Shown in pieces: positions 9,414-18,729 of a stretch of DNA of 31,613 nucleotides. A model generated the notes under the pieces. That model worked only from the letters and a program-made list of their open reading frames with translations. It was not told the origin of the DNA and searched no databases. Position numbers and translations under genes: made by a program. Each line of letters starts with the position of its first letter. The stretch's first letter is position 1. The stretch comes from a virus (taxonomy: Duplodnaviria; Caudoviricetes), in IMG/VR virus record IMGVR_UViG_3300035135_001596, positions 1 to 31,613 of that record; one strand, written 5' to 3'.

Positions 9414-10154
9414 ATGCATAAGTTTGGTATATTAGGCTACGGGTATGTAGGTAAAGCAACACAAAAGGGACTTCTAAATGATCGAGATGTAGTAGTTTAT
9501 GACACTGCGTCAAAGGATACAAATAAGAGCGATTTATATGAAGCTGATACAATTTTTATTTGTATACCTACAAATGATGACAAAGATATAGATATTATTA
9601 TTGAAGAAATTAAAGATTTACAAAAGTATAACCCGGGTGTTGACATAATTATAAGAAGCACTTTGCCTTTAGGCACATGCAAAAAAATACAAGACGAAGT
9701 AGGATTAATAATCTATATTCCAGAATTTTTACGTGAAAGATATTGGGATACTGATTGTTTTAGAAGACCAATTGTATATGGGTATGATGGAGGTTACTTA
9801 CCTAAATGGTTGCAACATGAAGAAATATATCAATGTAGTACAGCTGAAGCAGAACTTGTAAAAATGTTTTCTAATAACTTTGCAGTAATGAGAATTGCCT
9901 TTGCAAATGTATTTTATGATTTATCGCAAAGTGTAGGTGCAGACTATAACAAAGTTAAAGATTTATTTTTTAAGGTAGAGCACGATCAGAGTTATATGGA
10001 AGTTCCGGGTCATGATGGAACTAGAGGATTCGGTGGTAAATGTTTACCTAAAGACTTAGATTTTCTTATTAGCACTCTTGATGAAAAAGGCATTGATCAA
10101 AATTGGTTTAAACATATAAGAGAGTTGAACAAAGGATGGAAAGAAAAGTTTTAG
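9414..10154 (+). CDS. UDP-glucose/GDP-mannose dehydrogenase family protein (short form)
   Basis: GYGYVG Rossmann motif, IRST, PEFLRE, AELVKMFSN and catalytic GFGGKCLPKD. Start 9414 fits the family N-terminus; ATG 9360 is an alternative. Confidence 0.88.
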   Translation: MHKFGILGYGYVGKATQKGLLNDRDVVVYDTASKDTNKSDLYEADTIFICIPTNDDKDIDIIIEEIKDLQKYNPGVDIIIRSTLPLGTCKKIQDEVGLIIYIPEFLRERYWDTDCFRRPIVYGYDGGYLPKWLQHEEIYQCSTAEAELVKMFSNNFAVMRIAFANVFYDLSQSVGADYNKVKDLFFKVEHDQSYMEVPGHDGTRGFGGKCLPKDLDFLISTLDEKGIDQNWFKHIRELNKGWKEKF

Positions 10155-11008
10155 TTACAGGAGCAAGTGGTCTGCTTGGTCTAGAGATTTGTAAACAACT
10201 TGCAGATGAATTCTATGTGGTTGCTGTTGATAGCGGATTCAGATCACATGAAACACCCCATTGTAATGAATTTATACAGCAAGACGTCAATACTTATGTA
10301 TCCTATGTTACTAATGATTTTGATTACATTTTTCATATGGGGAACATAAACGGTACAAAATATTTTTATAACATACCTAATAAACTTATTGAAAATAATA
10401 TCAAATCAGATTTTTCTATATTTAAATTTGCAGGACTTAATCCTAATTGCAAGTTAATATACGCTTCGTCTAGCGAAGTTGTAGCAGGGACTGACACTTA
10501 CCCCACACCAGAACTTAATAATATCTTAATAAACGATATACATAATCCTCGCTGGAGTTATAGACTAGGAAAACTTGTAGGAGAAAACTATCTTACAAAT
10601 TCTAATTTAAATTATTTAATTATTAGGTTCTTTAACATATTTGGAAAATATAGTAGTAGTGGACATTTTGTTAAAGATATTGTAGATAAAATAAAAGATA
10701 AAGATTATAGTTTAATAGGTGCAAATGAAACTAGATCTTTTTGTCATGTAGAAGATGCAGTTGATGCAGTCTTAAAAATTAAAGAAGTATCTAATACAAT
10801 CGTCAATGTAGGATCTAATGAAGAAATAAGTATATTAGAAGCAGCTAATCTTATTGGTAAACATTTAGGTATAGATAACATAAACTGGACCTTTGAACAA
10901 AGTGTAAAAGGAAGTGTTGTAAGAAGAAAACCAGATCTCACTAAGTTACTAAAACATTATCCTCAATATAGTCCTAAAAAATTTAAGGATGCAATACAAG
11001 ACCTATGA
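10136..11008 (+). CDS. NAD-dependent nucleotide-sugar epimerase/dehydratase (extended SDR)
   Basis: VTGASGLLG, YASSSEV, YRLGK (YxxxK), RFFNIFG and ETRSFCHVED motifs. Confidence 0.9.
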   Translation: MERKVLVTGASGLLGLEICKQLADEFYVVAVDSGFRSHETPHCNEFIQQDVNTYVSYVTNDFDYIFHMGNINGTKYFYNIPNKLIENNIKSDFSIFKFAGLNPNCKLIYASSSEVVAGTDTYPTPELNNILINDIHNPRWSYRLGKLVGENYLTNSNLNYLIIRFFNIFGKYSSSGHFVKDIVDKIKDKDYSLIGANETRSFCHVEDAVDAVLKIKEVSNTIVNVGSNEEISILEAANLIGKHLGIDNINWTFEQSVKGSVVRRKPDLTKLLKHYPQYSPKKFKDAIQDL

Positions 11009-11613
11009 AAGTTGAAATAGAGGACGTATTATTTTGGATGGATGCAATTCGCAACAGCGAAGATAGATATCGCACACTTGAAAGTTTTTGGAAAGGACAA
11101 GTTCACAGCAAAGTATGGCTTGTTGAAGAACTTGAGAAAACTTTACCTAAATATCATAAACAAAGAAGAATAGCAATATACGGCGGCTGGAATGGTGTAT
11201 TATCTAGCATATTGTTTAATAGTAAAATTAACATTGAACACATTACAAGCATTGACATCGATACGTCTTGTGAAGAAATAGCACGTACAGTAAATAAGCG
11301 TCAGGAAATGCAAGGAAAATTTAATGCAGTAACCGCAGATATGATATCTTACACTACAAATGCAGATGTTGCAATTAACACTAGTTGCGAACATATTACA
11401 CAAGAACAGTATGAGCAATGGGTAGATAACCAGCCTCATAATGCAGTTTTTGTATTACAAAGTAATAACTACTTTGATCATAACGAACATATACGATGTG
11501 CAACAGATTTAGAAGATTTTATAAAAATGAGCAATATTCAGGTTTGGTATCAAGGAGAATTTAAAACACCTAAATACACTCGATACATGATAATTGGAAA
11601 AAAACATGTCTAG
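11005..11613 (+). CDS. Class I SAM-dependent methyltransferase-like protein
   Basis: IYGGWNGV (motif I-like), SIDID (acidic end of beta2), ADM and INTSCEH. ATGA overlap with the upstream stop. Confidence 0.65.
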   Translation: MKVEIEDVLFWMDAIRNSEDRYRTLESFWKGQVHSKVWLVEELEKTLPKYHKQRRIAIYGGWNGVLSSILFNSKINIEHITSIDIDTSCEEIARTVNKRQEMQGKFNAVTADMISYTTNADVAINTSCEHITQEQYEQWVDNQPHNAVFVLQSNNYFDHNEHIRCATDLEDFIKMSNIQVWYQGEFKTPKYTRYMIIGKKHV

Positions 11614-12988
11614 CATAGACAAATACAGAGACGAAATTACCAAAGAATCAGGAAGTCCTACTTTTTGTATATTGCCTTGGATCCATTTTGCCACTCGTCC
11701 TAATGGTGACATGAGATTGTGTTGTTCGGCAAATGCTAGTGGAGCAGGCGAAGATCATACGGTCGGCCTTGTGAAAATGGAAAACGGCAAGCCTGCAAAT
11801 TTTGGCCGTGAGACTCCAATGGAGGCATGGAATAACGATTACATGAAAAGTGTACGCACTACAATGTTAAATGGCAAAATACCCGCAAGTTGTAGGAAAT
11901 GCTTTGAAGAAGAATCTAAAGGTGTTGCAAGTAAGCGTATATGGGAAAGTTACACATGGATGGAAGATGGTGTAGACATACCAGAACTCATTCGTCAAAC
12001 AAAAGAAGATGGCACTGTTCCTGAAAATTTAAAATATTTAGATTTACGTCTCGGACATACATGCAATATAAAGTGTGTTATGTGTTCCCCACATGATTCT
12101 AGTAAGTGGGTAAAAGATTGGCAACAATTAATTCCAGTATTAGAAGATACAGATGTAAAAAGACAAATGCGTTGGGATAAAAAAGAGTTTAACAATAAGT
12201 GGCATGAAAAAGATACTTTTTGGCAAGAAATGAATGCACAAATACCTAATCTTAGACAAGTTTATTTTGCAGGCGGTGAGCCACTCATGATTAAAGAACA
12301 CAAAACATTTATTGAAGAAATTGTACGACAAGGATATCAAGACAAAATACTGTTACGTTATAACAGTAACGGATTACTAGTTGATGATGATTTGATCGAG
12401 CTTTGGTCAAAGTTTAAGAAAGTTAAATTTGCTGTAAGCATGGATGCTAGTCACGAACGTGACGAATACATACGGTTCCCTACAAACTTTGAAACCGTAG
12501 AAAAAACTTTGCACATGTTAGATAATACACCAGACAACATACAAACAAGTTTGGCAACAGCAATTCAAATATTCAACGTAAAACACTTGCCAGATTTTAT
12601 GAAATGGAAACTAGAAAGCGGTTTTAAAAAATTAAATGTAGGTGAAGTTCCAGGCGGAATACAAATGGGCGGCGGACTAGTCAATATGCATCTACTATAC
12701 ATTCCAACATTTCTAAGTATACAAATTTTACCTAAAGAAGATAAACAAGAAGTTGAAGAACTTTTTATGGACTTTAAAGATTGGCTGTGGAAAAACTATA
12801 GACAAGATGACGAATATTGGAAACACAATCCATATGGTTGGAAGCGTTGGGAAGCAGTTCTTAATCACATGAATGCACAGGACAACAGTTACTTATTACC
12901 AGGCTTTAAAGAATACACAAATAAACTTGACGCTATACGCGGTTTAGAAGCAGCAAAGATATTTCCAGAGTTAGCACATCTACTATGA
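11606..12988 (+). CDS. Radical SAM protein with N-terminal SPASM/twitch-like Cys domain
   Basis: CNIKCVMC, AGGEP, YNSN and SMDA motifs. N-terminal FCILPWIH...RLCC...CRKC. ATG 11606 preferred over TTG 11594. Confidence 0.9.
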   Translation: MSSIDKYRDEITKESGSPTFCILPWIHFATRPNGDMRLCCSANASGAGEDHTVGLVKMENGKPANFGRETPMEAWNNDYMKSVRTTMLNGKIPASCRKCFEEESKGVASKRIWESYTWMEDGVDIPELIRQTKEDGTVPENLKYLDLRLGHTCNIKCVMCSPHDSSKWVKDWQQLIPVLEDTDVKRQMRWDKKEFNNKWHEKDTFWQEMNAQIPNLRQVYFAGGEPLMIKEHKTFIEEIVRQGYQDKILLRYNSNGLLVDDDLIELWSKFKKVKFAVSMDASHERDEYIRFPTNFETVEKTLHMLDNTPDNIQTSLATAIQIFNVKHLPDFMKWKLESGFKKLNVGEVPGGIQMGGGLVNMHLLYIPTFLSIQILPKEDKQEVEELFMDFKDWLWKNYRQDDEYWKHNPYGWKRWEAVLNHMNAQDNSYLLPGFKEYTNKLDAIRGLEAAKIFPELAHLL

Positions 12989-13998
12989 GAGAATTAATAA
13001 AAATTGCTACTACGCAAGATCCAGAAACATTAGATATAAGATTTTGGCCTACTGACATCTGTAATTTTTCTTGCGAATATTGTTTTCCAGGTAGTGTTAC
13101 TAACAGACTTCGCTATCCTAAAAATATAGATACAGTAATAAAAAACTTTAGAGCATTATTTGATTACTACACATTAGCACATAAGAAAACACATTTCAAG
13201 ATTAATGTTGTAGGCGGCGGTGAGCCTACACTATGGCCTCACTTTGCAAAGTTTTGTAAAGAAATAAAACAAAGTCATAGTGTTCATATACAATGCACTA
13301 CTAACGGAAGTAGAACTGTAAGATGGTTTGAAAAAAACACACAAGATGTAGACGAGTTTGTTTTAAGTTGCCATCAAAAAGATGTAGACATTGATAACTT
13401 TATTGCAGTTGCCGATCATCTATTCGAAAGAGGAACAGATGTAACTGCACTGATGCTTATGGATGCAACAGCATGGGATAGATGTATAGAACTAATTGAT
13501 AAAATGAAAACCAGTAAGCAACGCTGGATTATACAAGCCAAAGAAGTAGTAGATGCTCCTGGTTACGATATAGGTAGTTACAATGATGAGCAAATTAAAT
13601 ACTTGCAACAGCCGATAAAACGTGCTCCAGACTCAGATTGGATCATATCTAACTTGCACAGATTTAGAATACATGAAAGTATAGCAATATATGATAACGA
13701 TGCTGTAGTGCCTGCAACACCAAACAAATATATTATGGAACAGGCAAACTATTTTAAAGGATGGAAATGTAATGTTGCAATAGAAAATTTAGTTATCACA
13801 CATGACGGAAAGGTAACAGGAAGTTGTCAAGAACAGGTATTTGCTGATGCAAATATTAGTATGTTTGCAGAAGATTTTATTCAACGATTTAATAAGGCAA
13901 AGATGGACTTAAAACCTATTATTTGTCCAAGAACTATTTGTAGCTGTCAACCCGACACACATATTTCTAAAGAGTTAGTGCCAACTAGCAATGTCTAG
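12985..13998 (+). CDS. Radical SAM protein with C-terminal Cys-rich (twitch-like) domain
   Basis: CNFSCEYC, GGGEP, TTNG and SCH motifs. C-terminal FKGWKCN...GSC...CPRTICSCQPD. Confidence 0.9.
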   Translation: MRELIKIATTQDPETLDIRFWPTDICNFSCEYCFPGSVTNRLRYPKNIDTVIKNFRALFDYYTLAHKKTHFKINVVGGGEPTLWPHFAKFCKEIKQSHSVHIQCTTNGSRTVRWFEKNTQDVDEFVLSCHQKDVDIDNFIAVADHLFERGTDVTALMLMDATAWDRCIELIDKMKTSKQRWIIQAKEVVDAPGYDIGSYNDEQIKYLQQPIKRAPDSDWIISNLHRFRIHESIAIYDNDAVVPATPNKYIMEQANYFKGWKCNVAIENLVITHDGKVTGSCQEQVFADANISMFAEDFIQRFNKAKMDLKPIICPRTICSCQPDTHISKELVPTSNV

Positions 13999-15072
13999 AA
14001 TTTCCCTATTTGCTTCTTGCGTATAATTAAAATACACATCACTTATTTTACTTTTTATTAATGTTTGTAAATTTTCTTGAGCATTTATTCTATGAGGTAA
14101 AGAATATTTTGCAACAGTTCCTTCGTAAGAAAAAATATTAGAGAAATTTACAAAAGTTTTTAGTTTACTGTCAATAGCATCTATTAATTTAGTGTCGTTT
14201 AGTAAATTAGTTTGAACGAAGATACATTCAATGTCTGTTTTAATTTTATGATTTTCTTTCCAATAATCTAAAGACTTTTTGTTATAATCATAAAATACAA
14301 TTTTTTTAGTTGCGAGATTAGTGTACAACATTCCACTAGCAGGCACAATTACTTGCTCAAATTTTTGAGATATATCATTTGCCCATTCGGTATTATCTAT
14401 ATGTACGAATTCATTTTCACAATATCTTAATTTTTCTTCAATATATGGTTGTAATTTTTTGAAATCTTCTTGGCTTTCTGGATAATAATGCTTCTTATTA
14501 TTTCTAATACTATCTTCAAAAACAATAATAGGCAAGTTGTTTTCAAATGCTAGTCTTAGTATGTTCCATCCATGACAACGATTTGCATATCGTACTTTGC
14601 GAGTGCCTTGCATTACAAATGTGGGTGTATAATTGTCATGTATGTTGTCTAAGCTACGTGCAGGTTCTGTCTGGGTGTGTGACACATGTAATTCCTTAAA
14701 ACCCACTGTAGGGCTTTGTAAACGCTTATAATGCACCATATTTACAACGTAACACTGATGATGTAATTCATAATAAGCGTCATACATTGTTCTATCTAAA
14801 ATATGTCCTGCTATAAAAAAGTCTTTTTTTACAAGTTCTTCTAATGCTTCGAAAAATGCAAGTCCGTTTATGTATTCAGTACCAGGACTCATTACAACAG
14901 CAAAGTCAGTTTGTACACTTCTTAGTAATTCGTCCTCGTCTTTACCTGTAATAACTTTATAACCTTTTGTTAATATATTGCTTATTGTATAATCAGCAAT
15001 ATTCTTTACAGTAGTTTTAATGTAATCTTCGGCATAGCTATCAATATCATCTACAATACAAAATGTAATCAT
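13975..15072 (-). CDS. Hypothetical protein, possible transferase
   Basis: 365-aa ORF coupled by ATGA overlap to the upstream radical SAM. No confident family. AGHILD...YYELHHQCYVVN and C-terminal FYDYN...NFSNIF are only suggestive. Confidence 0.7.
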   Translation of the reverse strand: MITFCIVDDIDSYAEDYIKTTVKNIADYTISNILTKGYKVITGKDEDELLRSVQTDFAVVMSPGTEYINGLAFFEALEELVKKDFFIAGHILDRTMYDAYYELHHQCYVVNMVHYKRLQSPTVGFKELHVSHTQTEPARSLDNIHDNYTPTFVMQGTRKVRYANRCHGWNILRLAFENNLPIIVFEDSIRNNKKHYYPESQEDFKKLQPYIEEKLRYCENEFVHIDNTEWANDISQKFEQVIVPASGMLYTNLATKKIVFYDYNKKSLDYWKENHKIKTDIECIFVQTNLLNDTKLIDAIDSKLKTFVNFSNIFSYEGTVAKYSLPHRINAQENLQTLIKSKISDVYFNYTQEANREILDIASWH

Positions 15073-15977
15073 TCTACTTTAACCTTTGTCAAAGGAATGT
15101 CTGCGGCACATGTACACCATTTACGTGTACATATCACAGCATCCTGGGGTTGTTCGAAAGTGCCGTCATAGATATTACCTAAACTTCCTCCAACTCTACA
15201 AGTTGCCCTATGTACTTCGCCGTCCCAGTTAATCATTAAACTTTCTATACCGGCATTACAACTCCAACCTTCAAAATTGTTGTACTTATGTTTTATTACA
15301 TCATTAGCATGAATAAAAGTTTCTCCATCTATTACACAATTACCTTTTACCTTTGATTTATTTTGTAAAATCCAATCTAAATCTTTTTCTTTGTAACGCA
15401 TATCATCAAACCAATCTCTATCTTCTGCGTCTGTCCATCTAATTCTTCTTGTTACATATGGTATATTATGACTTTCTAATAGATCTGCAGATTCACGTAC
15501 TCTATCCATATATTCGTGATGACACATAAGATTGACTTGAAATGCAGTGTCAACATTATTCATGTCTTGTAATTGACTATACCTAACAATATTTTCTGCA
15601 GCTCTATAACTATGTTCATTGTCAAAATGCAAACTAAACACCCATTGGTCAACAGGTTGCTTTATATAAAATTCGGGAGGTCTTAGTGCGTTTGTTGTTA
15701 TGTTTACCCATTGTAAACGTGCTTTAGCACATTCTATTATTTTAATTATTTGTGGATGTACTGTAGGTTCGCCACCGGTAAAACTTACACGAATAGGTTT
15801 ACCTATTTTTTCTAGTGTGTATATGGCTTCCACTATAACATCTAAGTCTGTATGTGGAGAAAAATTATCATGTATTTCTGCAGGACAGTATGAACAATCT
15901 AGATTACATCTTTTTCCTAAATTCCATTCAACATGAATACTTTTGTCGTGACCCCATCTACTTTCTATTTTGTACAT
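15069..15977 (-). CDS. Radical SAM protein with C-terminal Cys-rich (twitch-like) domain
   Basis: CNLDCSYC, TGGEP, TTN and SLH motifs. C-terminal FEGWSCNAG...RATC...CTRKWCTCAAD. Confidence 0.9.
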   Translation of the reverse strand: MYKIESRWGHDKSIHVEWNLGKRCNLDCSYCPAEIHDNFSPHTDLDVIVEAIYTLEKIGKPIRVSFTGGEPTVHPQIIKIIECAKARLQWVNITTNALRPPEFYIKQPVDQWVFSLHFDNEHSYRAAENIVRYSQLQDMNNVDTAFQVNLMCHHEYMDRVRESADLLESHNIPYVTRRIRWTDAEDRDWFDDMRYKEKDLDWILQNKSKVKGNCVIDGETFIHANDVIKHKYNNFEGWSCNAGIESLMINWDGEVHRATCRVGGSLGNIYDGTFEQPQDAVICTRKWCTCAADIPLTKVKVE

Positions 15978-16774
15978 ACTATACCTTTAACCCTGTCAAA
16001 AGATTTTAAATATTTTATATCTACATCATTAGATAAGTCTGCAACAGGAATCATACCTAAATTTATGTTCTTAAATGTAAAAGGTTGTAGTTTAAGCCAA
16101 AGTTTAATGTATACTTTTCTTATAGCATATAACCAATATGGAATAGTAGGACCAAACTTAACCATAAAGTCTGCACTATAGTATTGCTGAGGTCGCACAC
16201 CTTCTGCTATATTATCTTTGTCTTTAAAAATATCTAACACAGTTTTTCCTACTTGACAATAGTTTATGTATACAGTACCGCGTGTCCATCTAAATGTAAA
16301 ATGCATCATGTCTTCTTCATTTAGATTTATTATCGGTCTGTCTTTAAACGTAACGACTACTGTAGGATGATTTTTTGTTCTTAGTTCTGCTTCTAGTTTA
16401 TGAATTAGTACATTAAAACGTTCAATTGCTTCTTGTGCTTCTGTGTGTGCGTTATTAAAAAACTCAGTACCTTCAATCACTTCGCCACGTAAATCTTCAA
16501 AGAATTTGTGTAAGTAGTTTAGATCGCCTTGCATATTAGTGCTTGCACTGCTTATATATCGATCTATATGAATACCGTGTTGTTTTATTGTATCAATACA
16601 TTTATTAAGCTCGGGTATAAGGTTTTGTGTACCCCAGTTGGTAAACCTATCTGTTTCGTATAACGGATAATTTTTACACAGCTCGTTAAACCATTTTTGG
16701 GCAATGTTAGTATTTCTAACTTTAAATGGTATTTTAGTATCTTCTTTGCCGTTTGTCAATATCAAATTAAACAT
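15965..16774 (-). CDS. Hypothetical protein, paralog of 3234..4118
   Basis: LNYLHKFF...NVLIHKLE...VGKTVLDIFKDKD...PVADL. ATG at 16774 overlaps the upstream stop (ORF track gives 16801). Confidence 0.75.
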   Translation of the reverse strand: MFNLILTNGKEDTKIPFKVRNTNIAQKWFNELCKNYPLYETDRFTNWGTQNLIPELNKCIDTIKQHGIHIDRYISSASTNMQGDLNYLHKFFEDLRGEVIEGTEFFNNAHTEAQEAIERFNVLIHKLEAELRTKNHPTVVVTFKDRPIINLNEEDMMHFTFRWTRGTVYINYCQVGKTVLDIFKDKDNIAEGVRPQQYYSADFMVKFGPTIPYWLYAIRKVYIKLWLKLQPFTFKNINLGMIPVADLSNDVDIKYLKSFDRVKGIVCTK

Positions 16775-18041
16775 AAAACTTGAACTCCGGATTAGTAGCA
16801 AGAAAATCTTGTCCGCGAGTTTTATCTAGTCTACGATTAAATTCTATACAGTCTTGCCAGTGTGTTTTGTACATACACTTTGCTTGTAAGAAATTAATAT
16901 TATCTTGTATTTGCTGAAGTGTAACAGTTTCTAATAATTTATTTTGTTGTACTAGTTGATAACCTAGCACTTCAGTTTTCATTTTTTCTAAGCGTTCTAC
17001 TATTTGTTTTTTTAGTTGAGGTGGTAATACTTGTGCAGACAACGACATAGGATAATTTACACGATGAGAATAAAATATAATCCCCATTTCATTTAAAAAG
17101 TAATCTATCACTTTGTCAATCTGCATAATATTATTTGCTTGTACAGTAAAAGCACCTACTATACGACTTACGTTAGGAAAAGATTTAAACACTTTTATGT
17201 TTTCTTCTATTTCACTAAACTTGCCATTTCCTCTAATGTACTCATAAACATCATGTAATCCGTCAATACTTACGTTTACAGCAATTGATTTAAACTTGGG
17301 CCAATAGTCGTGTATTGTTCTTCCGCCTTTGATACCTAGCGTAGTACCATTTGTAGCGTACTTTAATTCTATGTTTTCGCCATACTCTGCAAGTTTGTCA
17401 AGTATTCTGTAGTGATATGGATCCATTAAAGGTTCACCACCTGCAAATTCTACTCGTCTAAAATATGGTAATAGTTTTTCAAAACTTTCCCACCAATTAT
17501 CGCTGTTGTCAAACGGACCAATATATTGTCCTGGTTTGTCTACAAGTTTTTCAACTGTAGGTATAAGGTAGTTGTTTTCTTTTTTATAAAACTCAGTTAC
17601 TTGACCCCAGTCTTTCCAACTAGTTGAATCAAGTGGATTGCACATACGACACTTTAAATTGCACAAATTGTTAAGTTTAATCTCCATTGTAGGAAATTCA
17701 AACGGCATTGTATAATCTTCGTTTAAAGCGTCTAGTGCATCGGGGTATAAGTTTGCCCTTGCTTCTGGAATAACGCCTGCTATATGACGCTGTCGTAAGC
17801 TCTGCACACCTTGATCTTCTAAATCAAAGCACGGCTTACACACATCAGGACGCTCATTATTTAAAACTTGTTTGCGTACTTTACGCATTTTTTCGCTATT
17901 CCAAACTTCTTCTAATGTTTGATCTTGTATCCAGCCAATAGGCTGACTACGGCAACAAATTTTTATTGCGCCGTCCTCTCTAGTAGCAAGTCCTGTAAAA
18001 GGATGCATACAAAATGTACAACTATTTGGTTGCTTGCTCAA
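16767..18041 (-). CDS. Radical SAM protein with N-terminal SPASM/twitch-like Cys domain
   Basis: CNLKCRMC, AGGEP, YATN and SIDG motifs. N-terminal FCMHPF...KICC...CKPC. Start uncertain: TTG 18041 chosen, ATG 18080 possible. Confidence 0.88.
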   Translation of the reverse strand: MSKQPNSCTFCMHPFTGLATREDGAIKICCRSQPIGWIQDQTLEEVWNSEKMRKVRKQVLNNERPDVCKPCFDLEDQGVQSLRQRHIAGVIPEARANLYPDALDALNEDYTMPFEFPTMEIKLNNLCNLKCRMCNPLDSTSWKDWGQVTEFYKKENNYLIPTVEKLVDKPGQYIGPFDNSDNWWESFEKLLPYFRRVEFAGGEPLMDPYHYRILDKLAEYGENIELKYATNGTTLGIKGGRTIHDYWPKFKSIAVNVSIDGLHDVYEYIRGNGKFSEIEENIKVFKSFPNVSRIVGAFTVQANNIMQIDKVIDYFLNEMGIIFYSHRVNYPMSLSAQVLPPQLKKQIVERLEKMKTEVLGYQLVQQNKLLETVTLQQIQDNINFLQAKCMYKTHWQDCIEFNRRLDKTRGQDFLATNPEFKFYV

Positions 18042-18702
18042 TTGCCCATTCTCTTTCTTTACACCAAAAACATTTACCACATATTGGAACAGTATCTCCT
18101 GGAGTATATGTTGAATAATCTAAACCTTCAAATTCGCCTTCGCAACTTCTAGTTAGATTTAACAAATCCTCAATACCATTTTTATAGTACTGTTTGATAA
18201 TCCAGTCTTTCTTAGTATACACGAAAGGATGACAAATGTCAATACCATTATGAATAAAATGAGGTGGTATATGTCCTTCATCTCTTTCAGGAACTTTTCC
18301 CGGAATATCAATATCTGGATTTTTATTAAGCCCTGCATATAAAGCATCAAGATTGTATTTGTTTGCAATATACTCATTATGACTTCTAAGAATAATCCTA
18401 TTTCCGGGTTTTTCTTTACCGTATTCATCTGTAATTAATGTTGTGTGAGGTTCCTCCATTTCCGGCGGAACTAAGTTTTTATGCACATAAAATTTATTAT
18501 CAAATCGATTCATAAACCAAGATATTACATCGTCGGCAATATATTCTTGCCATGGTCTAGTTCTCCATAATCTAATTTGGCTAGTAAAATGTATATCAGC
18601 TGTAGTATTAGAGCAAATTAAATATGCTAATAATGCACTGTCGGCTCCTCCACTGATACTAATACCTATACGGCTCCACGAAGAATTCAAGAAAAGGTTC
18701 AT
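18022..18702 (-). CDS. QueC-like PP-loop ATPase (7-cyano-7-deazaguanine synthase-like family)
   Basis: ISGGADS PP-loop, HPF...K, TRSC and CGKCFWCKER Zn motif. True QueC activity is not established. Confidence 0.75.
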   Translation of the reverse strand: MNLFLNSSWSRIGISISGGADSALLAYLICSNTTADIHFTSQIRLWRTRPWQEYIADDVISWFMNRFDNKFYVHKNLVPPEMEEPHTTLITDEYGKEKPGNRIILRSHNEYIANKYNLDALYAGLNKNPDIDIPGKVPERDEGHIPPHFIHNGIDICHPFVYTKKDWIIKQYYKNGIEDLLNLTRSCEGEFEGLDYSTYTPGDTVPICGKCFWCKEREWAIEQATK

Positions 18703-18707
18703 ACGTA

Positions 18708-18724
18708 TACTTATTTGTTAAATA
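18708..18724. promoter_or_regulatory. Back-to-back T4-late-like promoter boxes (TAAGTA on -, TAAATA on +)
   Basis: TACTTA at 18708-18713 and TAAATA at 18719-18724. Each is exactly 5 nt from an ATG (18702 on -, 18730 on +). Confidence 0.65.
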
Positions 18725-18729
18725 TCTAC

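Noticed and set aside
7343-15977. Naming the radical SAMs moaA, queE, nrdG or pqqE
   Set aside because: Only generic motifs are shared. There is no MoaA C-terminal GG, no matching pathway partners, and several paralogs are present.
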